Below, piece after piece: positions 8,513 through 17,593 of a stretch of DNA of 64,000 bases (positions are counted from its first letter, which is position 1; every line of letters starts with the position of its first letter). The notes beneath the pieces are model-generated. The model did no database searches, had not been told where the DNA came from, and was given only the letters and a program-made list of their open reading frames with translations. The stretch is from Dehalococcoidia bacterium (GTDB lineage Bacteria; Chloroflexota; Dehalococcoidia; GIF9; UBA5629). The translations under genes and the position numbers were made by a program. The stretch covers positions 81,475 to 145,474 of the forward strand of contig PLME01000011.1 of assembly GCA_003142375.1 (NCBI GenBank). Reading direction: 5' to 3'.

Positions 8513-9277
8513 ATGGCTTTATTAGAACTAAACGACGTGACCAAACTCTTCGGCAAACTTGCCGCAGTCGAGGATATCGATCTGCAGGTAGAGGAAGGTG
8601 AGATCCTCGGCATTGTCGGGCCCAACGGCTCGGGCAAGACCACGCTGATCAACTTAATTTCAGGTTATTACAAGCCTACGCGCGGCGACATATATTTTAA
8701 AGGAAGAAAAATATCCGGGCTGAGGCCCGATCAAATAGCCAGGCTGGGCATTGTCAGGACCTTTCAGTCGAATGTGCTCTTTGAAGGTGCTTCAGTAATC
8801 GAGAGCATGATGATCAGTTCCAGGCTGCAGTATAAGACCAGCGACTGGCAGGCCTTCTTCAATACCAGGACCTATAAAGACGAGCAGGAAAAGGTGGTCG
8901 GCAACCTGCTTGAAACGCTGCAGCTGCTGGATATCTTTAACGAGACATTCAGGCCGGCAGCGGCCCTCTCACACGGCTACCAGCGCATGCTGGGAATAGC
9001 CGCGGCCCTGGCTGCCAATCCCAGCGTCCTGATGCTCGACGAACCTACCACCGGCATGAACCACGAAGAAGCCATGTTCGTGGTGGAAAATATTAAAAAG
9101 ATCAACCAGCAGGGAATTACGGTATTGCTGATCGAACACAATATGAAAGTGCTGCTGGGTGTGGCTACCAGGGTGGTCGTCCTGAGCTTCGGCAATAAGA
9201 TCGCCGACGGCGACCCCTACGAAATGATGAGCAAGCCGGAGGTCATCGAGGCATACCTGGGCACGGAGACGGTGTAA
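8513..9277 (+). CDS. ABC transporter ATP-binding protein, LivG family
   Basis: Walker A (GPNGSGKTT), ABC signature (LSHGYQRMLGIA) and Walker B (LMLDEPTTGM) are all present. Confidence 0.85.
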   Translation: MALLELNDVTKLFGKLAAVEDIDLQVEEGEILGIVGPNGSGKTTLINLISGYYKPTRGDIYFKGRKISGLRPDQIARLGIVRTFQSNVLFEGASVIESMMISSRLQYKTSDWQAFFNTRTYKDEQEKVVGNLLETLQLLDIFNETFRPAAALSHGYQRMLGIAAALAANPSVLMLDEPTTGMNHEEAMFVVENIKKINQQGITVLLIEHNMKVLLGVATRVVVLSFGNKIADGDPYEMMSKPEVIEAYLGTETV

Positions 9278-9280
9278 ATC

Positions 9281-9985
9281 ATGCTGGAATTGAAGAACGT
9301 CTGGATCAGGTACGGCAAGAATGTGGCGGTGAGGAAGCTCACCCTGACCGTCAATAAAGGCGATTTCGTGACCATCCTGGGCGCCAACGGCGCCGGCAAG
9401 TCTTCTACACTCAATGCCATCAGCGGACTGGTGAAAATCAAACGGGGAGAGATACATTTTAAAGGGCAAAAAATAAACGGCCTCAAGCCGGGAGCCATAG
9501 CTGCTAGAGGGATTATCCAGATTCCCGAAGGCAGAAAATTGTTCCCGCTCATGAGCGTCATGGAAAACCTGGAGATGGGCGCCTATTTGTGCAAAGATAC
9601 CAAACGTGTCCGGGACTCCTTAGAAAAAGTCCTGACCCTCTTTCCGGTGTTAAAGGAAAAACTCGGCGGCAAAGCGCGCGAACTTAGCGGCGGACAGCAG
9701 CAGATGCTTGCCATTGCACGCGGGTTGATGGCAATACCGGAGTTGCTCATGTTCGATGAACCGTCCCTCGGCTTGAGCCCCTTGCTGCGCCAGCAACTCG
9801 CTGAGAAAATCAAAGAGGTCAGCCGTGAAGGCGTCACCATCGTTCTCGTAGAGCAAAACGCAAGACTTGGCCTGATGTTAGCTACCTATGGTTACGTTAT
9901 GGAAAACGGACAACTGGTACTACAGGGCAAAACTTCGGACTTAATGCAGGACGAAGGTGTGAGGAAGGCGTATCTCGGCGTTTAA
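9281..9985 (+). CDS. ABC transporter ATP-binding protein, LivF family
   Basis: Walker A (GANGAGKSS), signature (LSGGQQQMLAIA) and Walker B (LMFDEPSLGL) are present. Confidence 0.85.
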   Translation: MLELKNVWIRYGKNVAVRKLTLTVNKGDFVTILGANGAGKSSTLNAISGLVKIKRGEIHFKGQKINGLKPGAIAARGIIQIPEGRKLFPLMSVMENLEMGAYLCKDTKRVRDSLEKVLTLFPVLKEKLGGKARELSGGQQQMLAIARGLMAIPELLMFDEPSLGLSPLLRQQLAEKIKEVSREGVTIVLVEQNARLGLMLATYGYVMENGQLVLQGKTSDLMQDEGVRKAYLGV

Positions 9986-10119
9986 CATTTGGTTTAATGG
10001 CGCCGCCATGGCATTAAGCGATGATAAATATGGTAAATGTACCAATTTCGTCGACACGCTAATAATCGAAAATTCGAGAAAATTATTCCTGTGTAAATAA
10101 CAGCGAAAAAGGAGTGATC

Positions 10120-10527
10120 ATGGCAAAATATATGACTCAAGAGTGGATGGATTTATACAAGGATGCACTCAATGCCAGCAAAACGTACGAAGATTCCGCC
10201 AAAACATGGGAGGGTGATTTCTATTTCATTTGTGAGAAGGGCGGCCCGGTAAAAGAAACAATGTATGCCTATGTTGACCTTTATCACGGCAAATGCCGTG
10301 CGGCGGAGATCGTCGACAACCCCAGCAAATATAAACCGGAATTTGTTATATCCACCAATTACACTATTTGGAAGAGGATAGTTTCAGGACAACTGGATTC
10401 CACTCAGGCGCTGATTACAAAGCAGTCCAAACTCACCGGAAACATGGCCAAGATCATGCGCTATACCAAGGCGGCCAATGAAATAACCAACATCACCAAG
10501 CAGCTTCCCACCGAATGGCCGGAATAA
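10120..10527 (+). CDS. SCP2 sterol/lipid-carrier domain protein
   Basis: ATG 10120 follows an AAAAAGGAG RBS. The SCP2 C-terminal motif is present (QALITKQSKLTGNMAKIMRY). The ORF track start is 10114. Confidence 0.6.
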   Translation: MAKYMTQEWMDLYKDALNASKTYEDSAKTWEGDFYFICEKGGPVKETMYAYVDLYHGKCRAAEIVDNPSKYKPEFVISTNYTIWKRIVSGQLDSTQALITKQSKLTGNMAKIMRYTKAANEITNITKQLPTEWPE

Positions 10528-10666
10528 CTGCAAGTCCTATAAGCAATTACAAGGTGATTACTACCCTACCTATGGACCTCTTGGGTTGCGGGGCAGAGCT
10601 GGTTTTCGCCACCAAAATCGGCTCTGCCGCATCAGAAAAAGCGTTTCAAACAAGGAGGACCCAGAG

Positions 10667-12259
10667 ATGAATCTGGCGACATTGGCTGATGATAATATAA
10701 CGAAGTTCGGAGAATATGAGTATCTTCACTATGAAGGACGATGGTATACCAATGTCGAACTGAGCCGTATTGCCAACCGCCTGGGCAACGCACTGAAAAA
10801 ATTGGGTGTAAAAAGGGGCGACCGGGTGGGTACACAGGTATATAACTGCCCGCAAGTGTTGATGGCTTTTCAGGCCGTCCTGAAAATCGGCGCCATAATT
10901 GTACCCATGAATCCCAGCGCCCGGGGGGAAGAGGCAGCACACTTATACCGCGATTCGGGCATTAAGGTATTGATAACTTCCAGCGACTACACTCCGGTAA
11001 TCGATGCAGCACGACCGACGGCGCCCGGACTGGCACATGTTATATTTATTGACAAAGACGGCGTCCCCGGCACTCTCAATTTCGATAAACTAATAGCTGA
11101 TTGCTCCGATCGGCTGGCCGTCGAAGACATGGATACTGATGACGATGCGGCCATGATATACACGGCCGGCACCACCGGCTTGCCTAAAGGCGTGGTGCAT
11201 ACTCATTTCGGGCTCTACTACACGCTGCTGGGTTTTTACGAGACACTCGAGACGATCATTCCGGCCAGGTTTCAGTCGGTGACCCTCACCAAGGATGTCA
11301 GCCTGGACAAAGTAGTCAGAAAGGATTTCGACATCATAGGTATGGAAGTATCGAATATCTGCCTCCTTGTTCTACCGCTGTGCCATATCTATGGAATGAT
11401 GCAGATGTTCTTGAAGTTTTACACGGCGGACAAGCTGATAGTCTTGAGGAGATTTGACCCGGTGGAAATATTCAAGTGCATGGAAAAATTCAAGGTCACC
11501 AGCCTCGACGGCGTTCCTGCCATGTGGATCATGCTTTACAACCATCCCGATATCGATAAGTACGATATGAGCGCTTCCAGATATTTGTCGTGCGGAGGCG
11601 CCCCTATGCCTTTGGAACTTCTGAAAGCCTGGAAACAGAAATTTGGCATCCAGATATGCGAAGGCTGGGGCATGTCTGAGTTGGCTTCTTATGGTACTTC
11701 CATGTTTGCGCGCTCTTTTAAAGACGGATCAGTCGGCAAATTGATGCAGAAGGCAAGCCGGATAAAAATACTGGACGATAACGACCGTGAGGTCCCTACC
11801 GGCCAATGGGGAGAGGTGGTCTTCAAAGGCTTCAATGTTATGAAGTATTACTGGAACCTGCCGGAGGAGACCGCTAGAACGATCAAGAACGGTTGGCTTT
11901 ACACGGGGGATCTCGGCTACTTGGATCAGGAAGGTTATCTTTTCCTGACAGGCCGCAAGAAAGACTTGATAATCAGGGGCGGAGAAAATGTGTTCCCCTC
12001 CGATGTTGAAAATGTCCTTTATAAGAATACTAAGGTGATGGAGTGCGCGGTAATAGGGGTGCCTGATAAGGTCTATGGAGAAGAGATAAAGGCCTTCGTG
12101 GTCCTCAGGCCAGGTGAAAGCGCCACCGAACAGGAGCTCATCAATTTCTGCAAACCACAACTGCCTACCTTTAAGCAGCCTAAATGGATTGTGTTCCAGA
12201 AGTCTTTGCCCAAGAGCGCTGTCGGCAAGATACTTAAAAAAGATCTGAGGAAACTATAA
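10667..12259 (+). CDS. AMP-dependent synthetase/ligase (long-chain fatty acid or aromatic acid CoA ligase, FadD-like)
   Basis: ATG 10667 follows an AGGAGG RBS at 10654-10659. The AMP-binding motif (IYTAGTTGLPKGVVHTH), the TGDLGYLDQEGYLFLTGRKKDLIIRGGENVFP hinge and a C-terminal lysine are present. The ORF track start is 10586. Confidence 0.85.
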   Translation: MNLATLADDNITKFGEYEYLHYEGRWYTNVELSRIANRLGNALKKLGVKRGDRVGTQVYNCPQVLMAFQAVLKIGAIIVPMNPSARGEEAAHLYRDSGIKVLITSSDYTPVIDAARPTAPGLAHVIFIDKDGVPGTLNFDKLIADCSDRLAVEDMDTDDDAAMIYTAGTTGLPKGVVHTHFGLYYTLLGFYETLETIIPARFQSVTLTKDVSLDKVVRKDFDIIGMEVSNICLLVLPLCHIYGMMQMFLKFYTADKLIVLRRFDPVEIFKCMEKFKVTSLDGVPAMWIMLYNHPDIDKYDMSASRYLSCGGAPMPLELLKAWKQKFGIQICEGWGMSELASYGTSMFARSFKDGSVGKLMQKASRIKILDDNDREVPTGQWGEVVFKGFNVMKYYWNLPEETARTIKNGWLYTGDLGYLDQEGYLFLTGRKKDLIIRGGENVFPSDVENVLYKNTKVMECAVIGVPDKVYGEEIKAFVVLRPGESATEQELINFCKPQLPTFKQPKWIVFQKSLPKSAVGKILKKDLRKL

Positions 12260-12296
12260 GGTACAGAACACTGACCGTTGACCACCTGGTCTTAGT

Positions 12297-12372
12297 TGGT
12301 CGGGGTGAGTGGATTCGAACCACCGACTTCATGGTCCCAAACCATGCGCGCTAGCCGCTGCGCTACACCCCG
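12297..12372 (-). tRNA. tRNA-Pro (anticodon TGG), CCA encoded
   Basis: The reverse complement reads CGGGGTGTAGCGCAGCGGCTAGCGCGCATGGTTTGGGACCATGAAGTCGGTGGTTCGAATCCACTCACCCCGACCA. The anticodon loop is TTTGGGA. Confidence 0.85.
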
Positions 12373-12444
12373 CAAGGCAAAAGTATAGATTACACCTAAT
12401 ATGCAGTCAAGAAAGCTGTATTTAGCGGCAGGTTGATCGCAGGG

Positions 12445-13173
12445 TTACCGGCAATTGGGGCAGACGTCGAAGAACCCTTTTGGTAGGTCCCATTTCTTGC
12501 GGATGTACTCAAGCTGCTTTTCGGGCGCCCATTCAATGCCGCAGACCTTACATTTTTGCAGCCTGTATTTAATTTTCCAGTTGTAGATATAACGATAACC
12601 TTTTTTATCTTCCATTTTGATAGCGCCGGTCGGGCAGGCGTAGTAGCATGAGCCGCAGCCGATGCATGCCTTGGCGCTTTCGAGATAGGGAGATGCGGGT
12701 CCTTTGGTTATGCCGCGGTTCACCAGGCTGATAGCACTGACACCCACTACCTGCTCACAAACCCTGGCGCAGAGGCCGCAGACAATACAGTTTTCCTTGG
12801 TCCAGTATTCCTTTTCGAAGGATGATTTTTCGATGCCGTATTCAGCCGCCAGCTGCTTAATAACCTTGTTTTCCGAACACCTTGCAAGCAGCAGGTCCAG
12901 CAGCATCTTGCGGTTGCCGACTACCCTGGGGGAATCCGTTTCGACTACCAGGCCTTCCTCAACCGGGAAAAGGCATGAGGTCACAATGCGTTTCCTGGTT
13001 CCACGAGTGATCTCAACGATACATAACCGGCAGGCACCATAGGGTTCTACCGCATCAAGGTTGCATAAAGAAGGTATTTTGATGCCGTGAGCCCTGGCCA
13101 CCTGCAATATATACTGGCCCTTCTCGGCCGTATATTTATTGCCGTTTACAGTCAGAGTAACTAATTCACTCAA
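12445..13173 (-). CDS. NuoG-N-terminal-like polyferredoxin (2Fe-2S + 4Fe-4S clusters), no catalytic domain
   Basis: The likely TTG start at 13173 overlaps the nuoF-like stop by 8 nt; alternative ATG starts are 13203 and 13239. The protein begins VTLTVNGNKYTAEKGQYILQVARAHGIKIPSLC (2Fe-2S) and carries CIVCGLCARVCEQ and CIGCGSCYYACP 4Fe-4S motifs. It ends with a CxxC..CPNC ribbon. Confidence 0.65.
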   Translation of the reverse strand: MSELVTLTVNGNKYTAEKGQYILQVARAHGIKIPSLCNLDAVEPYGACRLCIVEITRGTRKRIVTSCLFPVEEGLVVETDSPRVVGNRKMLLDLLLARCSENKVIKQLAAEYGIEKSSFEKEYWTKENCIVCGLCARVCEQVVGVSAISLVNRGITKGPASPYLESAKACIGCGSCYYACPTGAIKMEDKKGYRYIYNWKIKYRLQKCKVCGIEWAPEKQLEYIRKKWDLPKGFFDVCPNCR

Positions 13174-15025
13174 TCTTAACAGCCCCCAATTTACACACTT
13201 CATAACAGGTGCGGCACTTAATGCATTTAGCCTGATCAAGCACGACCGGCTTTCTTTTGCCCACAGCTGTTATAGCCCCGGCCGGACAGGCTTTGACACA
13301 CAGGCCGCAATCGGGACATTTTTCCTCAATTATCGAGAAGGTGATCAGGTCTTTGCATACGCCGGCCCTGCATTTCTTGAGTTTAATGTGCTCTATGTAT
13401 TCCTCCCTGAAATATTGCATGGTTGTAAGTACCGGGTTGGGTGCTGAGCCGCCCAACTGGCATAGCGCACTATCCCTTAAACAGTGGCCGACTTCTTCCA
13501 GGAGAGGAAGGTCGCTTTCCTTGCCCGCACCGGACGTTATGTCATTTAAAATCTGTCGCATCCTCTTGATGCCTTCGCGACAGGGTACGCATTTACCGCA
13601 TGATTCTTCCTCAAGGAATGAGAGGTAATACTTGGCTATGTCAACCATGCAGTTGTTCTCGTCCATCACGATCATGCCGCCTGATCCCATCATTGAGCCG
13701 ACCTTGGTCAGCGCGTCGAAATCAACAGGCATGTCGAGCATACTCTCCGGCAGGCAACCTCCGGAAGGACCGCCGGTTTGGACGGCCTTGAATTTCTTGC
13801 CTTCGCGAATGCCTCCGCCTATATTAAAAATAATGTCCCGGAGCTGTATGCCCATGGGCACTTCCACCAGGCCAGTATTGTTAACCTTGCCCGTTAGAGA
13901 GAAGATCTTGGTGCCTGTGTTGGTCGGTGTGCCTATCTTCTTGAACCAAGCAGCCCCATTATTGATTATGAGGGGAATATTGGCCCAGGTCTCCACGTTA
14001 TTCAGGTCGCTGGGCCTGTCCCACAACCCTTTTTCCACAGTATGCGTATATTTGGCCCGCGGCTAGCCGACTTTGCCTTCCAGTGATGCCATCAGAGCAG
14101 TGGATTCACCGCAAATAAAGGCGCCGCCACCACGATTGACCCTGACTTCAAAATCGAATCCCGAACCCAGGATATTTTTGCCCAGCAAACCCAATTTCCC
14201 GGCCTGTTCCATGGCATTTATGATGTTCTTCAAGGCTAGCGGGTATTCGTTTCGCACGTAGATATAGCCCTGATGGGAACCTATGGCAAAGGCACCGATA
14301 ATCAAGCCTTCCAGTACGCTATGAGGGTTGCCAGTCAACAGGCCCTCATTGGCATAGGCCCCGGGGTCACCCTCGTCAGCATTGACAATAACGTACTTGA
14401 TATCTCCGTGCGCCTTCCGGCAGCTTTCCCATTTAGCGCCGGTGGTAAACCCACCACCTCCGCGGCCGCGCAGCCCGGATTGCTTAATGATATCGATGAT
14501 TTGCTCGGGCTGATAGTCGAAGAGGGCCTTGGCCAGGGCGGAATATCCGCCTATGGAGATGTAGTCCTCGATGCTAGTCGGATCGATTCTGATATTGTTG
14601 CCCAGGATAATGCGTTTCTGGTTTTTATAGAAAGGCAAATCAGCCTGGGCTGTAATCTCAGCCTTAGTTAACGGGTCTTTGAATAAAAGCCGGCTGATGA
14701 CCTGCTTGTTGAGAACCGTTTTATCCAGAATTTCCGGTACATCTTCCGGCTTTATCTTCTGATAAAAAATATTCCCCGGCTCTACAATGGCAATGGGTCC
14801 CCTTTCGCAGAACCCGTGACAACCTGTTACCTTAAATTCGACCTGGTCGGTCAGGCCTTTTTTATTTATCTCGGCTTTAAAGGCTTCGACAACCGGGTTG
14901 CTGCCATACGGGCGGCAAGCGGTTCCGTTGCAGACCGAAACCCGTGCCTTATCAGTCCCCAGCCCTTTGGCCAGTTTCTTGTTCAGCGCTTCTAGTTCTT
15001 TAGGAGATTTCAGTTTACCCGGCAT
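13166..15025 (-). pseudogene. NuoF-like NAD(P)H-binding flavoprotein, HndC/HydB architecture, interrupted by an in-frame TAG at 14063-14065
   Basis: ORFs 14063..15025 and 13166..14038 are in the same frame. The N-terminal part has a thioredoxin-like 2Fe-2S domain, GGGGF and NADEGDPGA motifs and ends [14 protein letters not shown]. The C-terminal part continues [30 protein letters not shown], carries the ESCGKCVPCREG N3-cluster motif and has 2x CxxCxxCxxxCP. The canonical KPPFPA loop is replaced by KYTHTV. Confidence 0.6.
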
Positions 15026-15040
15026 ATCGATAATTCTTCT

Positions 15041-15490
15041 CTACCTATATTTGTTCAGCATCGGCTCAACTTTGTCATTCGTCATATGGCCAAAATACTC
15101 ATCGCCTATCTTGACCACGGGCCCTGTCGCACAGCAGCCCATGCAGTTAACGCTTTCCAGGGTGAAGTTATGGTCTGCCGTCGTCCCGCCCGGGTTAACG
15201 CCAAGTTGGCGCTGCAAGGAGTCGAGGATAAGTTCGCCGCCCCTGACATGGCAGGCGGTGCCCAGGCAGACATTGACGATGTGCTTGCCCCTTTCCTTAA
15301 GGCTAAAGGCACGAAAAAACGTGGCCAGGGCAAATACCTGACTCTGAGGGATGCCCATTTTTTTGCTGACTTTATCAAGGGCTGTTCGAGGCAAGTAGTT
15401 ATATTCGGACTGGATGTCCTGTAATATAGATACAAGCTGACTTTTATCATTACCGTACTTCTTGATTATGGCTGTAACGGCGTCTTTCAT
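15041..15490 (-). CDS. NuoE-like [2Fe-2S] thioredoxin-fold subunit (HndA/HydC-like)
   Basis: CLGTACHVRGG and VNCMGCCATGPV cysteine motifs are present. Its start overlaps the porB stop (ATGA). Confidence 0.8.
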   Translation of the reverse strand: MKDAVTAIIKKYGNDKSQLVSILQDIQSEYNYLPRTALDKVSKKMGIPQSQVFALATFFRAFSLKERGKHIVNVCLGTACHVRGGELILDSLQRQLGVNPGGTTADHNFTLESVNCMGCCATGPVVKIGDEYFGHMTNDKVEPMLNKYR

Positions 15491-16416
15491 TTGATCTTTT
15501 TCCCGGCGAGCATCCTTATCCTATTAAATTCGGTCAGAACATGCTCCTGAATTTCAGCTGTATTCTCTTTGGTCAAATGGCGGAATCTGCCCTGTAGCTT
15601 CAGATAATCCTCCACAGGCCTGAGTTTAGGATAGTCAAAGTTAAGCGTGTATTTTCCATCTTCTATTTCATACATGGGGAAAATACCGGTTTCCACAGCC
15701 AGGCGTCCCATCGTTATGGTAAGGTTTGAGGCGCTGCGCCAGCCGGTCGGGCACACAGATAATATATGAATATACGAGGGACCTTTTATCTGTTTGGCCT
15801 TTTCGATTTTATTCATGATATCGAAGGGATAGCTGGAACAGGATGTCGCCACGTAGCGGATGTTATGTGCGGCAGCTATGGCGGGCATGTTCTTTTTCTG
15901 GGTATGCTGTCCCATGCTTAACTTGCCGGCAGGAGCGGTGGTGGTAGATGCCCCGAAGGGAGTTTCGCTGGACCTTTGAATGCCGGTATTCATATAAGCT
16001 TCATTGTCAAAACATACGTAAATAAAATCGTGACCTCGCTCCAATGCACCAGACAATGACTGCAAGCCAATATCCGCCGTGCCGCCGTCTCCACCCATGG
16101 CCACCACCTTAACTTCCTTGGTATACCCGTGCTTGCGCTTCAGAGCCTTAAGGCCTGACTCGATGCCGGATGCTACGGCTGAAGCATTTTCAAAGAGTGT
16201 ATGTATCCAGGGCACTTCCCAGGCTGTCTCGGGCAGCGGAGTGGACACGATCTCCATGCAACCTGTGGCGTTGGAGATTATGGTATTTCTGCCCAATGCT
16301 TTGCACACATAGCGGACAGCCAGAACCTCACCACAGCCGGAACAAGCACGGTGACCCGAGGCAATATAGTCACTCGCTGTGACAAGTTTGGGAGCATATA
16401 TAGCAAGCGTTTCCAC
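15487..16416 (-). CDS. porB: 2-oxoacid:ferredoxin oxidoreductase beta subunit (TPP-binding)
   Basis: The N-terminal Cys cluster (CSGCGEV...C), a GDG TPP-binding motif and an OFOR-beta-like size are present. The substrate (pyruvate, 2-oxoisovalerate or 2-oxoglutarate) is undetermined. Confidence 0.8.
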   Translation of the reverse strand: METLAIYAPKLVTASDYIASGHRACSGCGEVLAVRYVCKALGRNTIISNATGCMEIVSTPLPETAWEVPWIHTLFENASAVASGIESGLKALKRKHGYTKEVKVVAMGGDGGTADIGLQSLSGALERGHDFIYVCFDNEAYMNTGIQRSSETPFGASTTTAPAGKLSMGQHTQKKNMPAIAAAHNIRYVATSCSSYPFDIMNKIEKAKQIKGPSYIHILSVCPTGWRSASNLTITMGRLAVETGIFPMYEIEDGKYTLNFDYPKLRPVEDYLKLQGRFRHLTKENTAEIQEHVLTEFNRIRMLAGKKIK

Positions 16417-17591
16417 TATTCTCTCACTCCAAACATGATTATTTCCTGCGTTTCCCCGGCCTTCAATTTCTGCATGGCCAGATCAATGAGCGTTTTGAAG
16501 TTATCGGGGGATATATCCCTACCGCCGAGGCCGCCTACAACGCTGGCTACCTGCGGCTTTTTGTCCAGAGTATAAAGGGCAGCCCTGATCTCTGAGCAGA
16601 CCGGAGCCGGCCCGCCCAGCGATATGGCCCTGTCCAGAACAATAACGTTTTGAGCTGCGGACAGCGCTTCCTGTACTTCTTCGTAAGGGAACGGCCGCCA
16701 GAGACGCAGCCTGACAAGACCGATTTTCTTTCCCTCGTCCTGCAGGTCATCGATTGCAATCATGGCGTTTTCGCTGTAGCTACCCATGGTGACAAGAATT
16801 GTCTCGGCGCCATCGGCTTTATATTTTTCTACTGGATTATAATAACGTCCGGTGAGGTCGCCGTATTTCTTCCATGTATCGAGGATGACCTTCTTCGAAG
16901 CCCGTACTGAGGCATCCAACGCCTTTCTAGCCTCGGTATATAAATTCGGCGCGGCAAAGCAACCCATCGTTATAGGATCATCCGGGTCCAGCGGATGGGG
17001 GTATTTGTAAGGCGGAAGGAATTCATCAACCGATTTTTGGTCCAGTATGTATACGGGTTCGATGACATGCGATACATGGAAACCATCGATGTTAATTACG
17101 GTGGGCAGGAGAACATCGGGATGCTCTGCAATGCGAAAAGCGCACAGCGTCTGGTCGAAGGCCTGTTGACCGTTTTCAATAAAGATCTGTATCCAGCCTG
17201 CATCCCTTGTTATCATGGCATCGGAATGGTCCCCCCAGATGTTTAAAGGTCCTGAAAGGGCGCGATTGGCAACTGCCATTACGATCGGAAGCCGCAGGGA
17301 AGCGGCAACCAGCAGCACTTCGTGCATCAATATTAAGCCCTGGCTGGCGGTTGCGGTAAAAGTCCTTGCTCCAACAGCGCATGATCCAAGACAGGCGCTC
17401 ATGGCGGAATGTTCGGACTCTACCGGAATGTATTCCGCATCAAGGTAACCATTGGCGACCATTTCTGCAAGGCTTTCAACGATATGGGTCTGAGGGGTAA
17501 TCGGGTAAGCCGCGATTACATCAACGTTGGCCAGTCTTACAGCTTCTGACACTGCCAACGATGATTCAATACCGACACGCTTCGACGTCAT
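16416..17591 (-). CDS. porA: 2-oxoacid:ferredoxin oxidoreductase alpha subunit
   Basis: ATG 17591 directly follows the porGD stop. The sequence is OFOR-alpha-like (AYPITPQT, GDHSDAM). The ORF track extends to 17633. Confidence 0.8.
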   Translation of the reverse strand: MTSKRVGIESSLAVSEAVRLANVDVIAAYPITPQTHIVESLAEMVANGYLDAEYIPVESEHSAMSACLGSCAVGARTFTATASQGLILMHEVLLVAASLRLPIVMAVANRALSGPLNIWGDHSDAMITRDAGWIQIFIENGQQAFDQTLCAFRIAEHPDVLLPTVINIDGFHVSHVIEPVYILDQKSVDEFLPPYKYPHPLDPDDPITMGCFAAPNLYTEARKALDASVRASKKVILDTWKKYGDLTGRYYNPVEKYKADGAETILVTMGSYSENAMIAIDDLQDEGKKIGLVRLRLWRPFPYEEVQEALSAAQNVIVLDRAISLGGPAPVCSEIRAALYTLDKKPQVASVVGGLGGRDISPDNFKTLIDLAMQKLKAGETQEIIMFGVRE

Positions 17592-17593
17592 GA

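Noticed and set aside
8969-9561. Antisense ORFs of 166 and 114 aa across livG1/livF1
   Set aside because: They lie opposite conserved Walker/ABC motifs. Antisense ORFs like this are a typical artefact of GC-rich third-position sequence.
10000-10113. Apparent palindromes AATGGCGCCGCCATGGCATT and TCGAAAATTCGA upstream of the SCP2 gene
   Set aside because: The first is not self-complementary on inspection. The second is only a 5-bp stem, too short to call.
14063-14065. TAG in nuoF-like as a pyrrolysine or reassigned sense codon
   Set aside because: TAG terminates several well-defined genes in the same window. No pyl genes are visible. Treated as a pseudogene or sequencing error unless shown otherwise.
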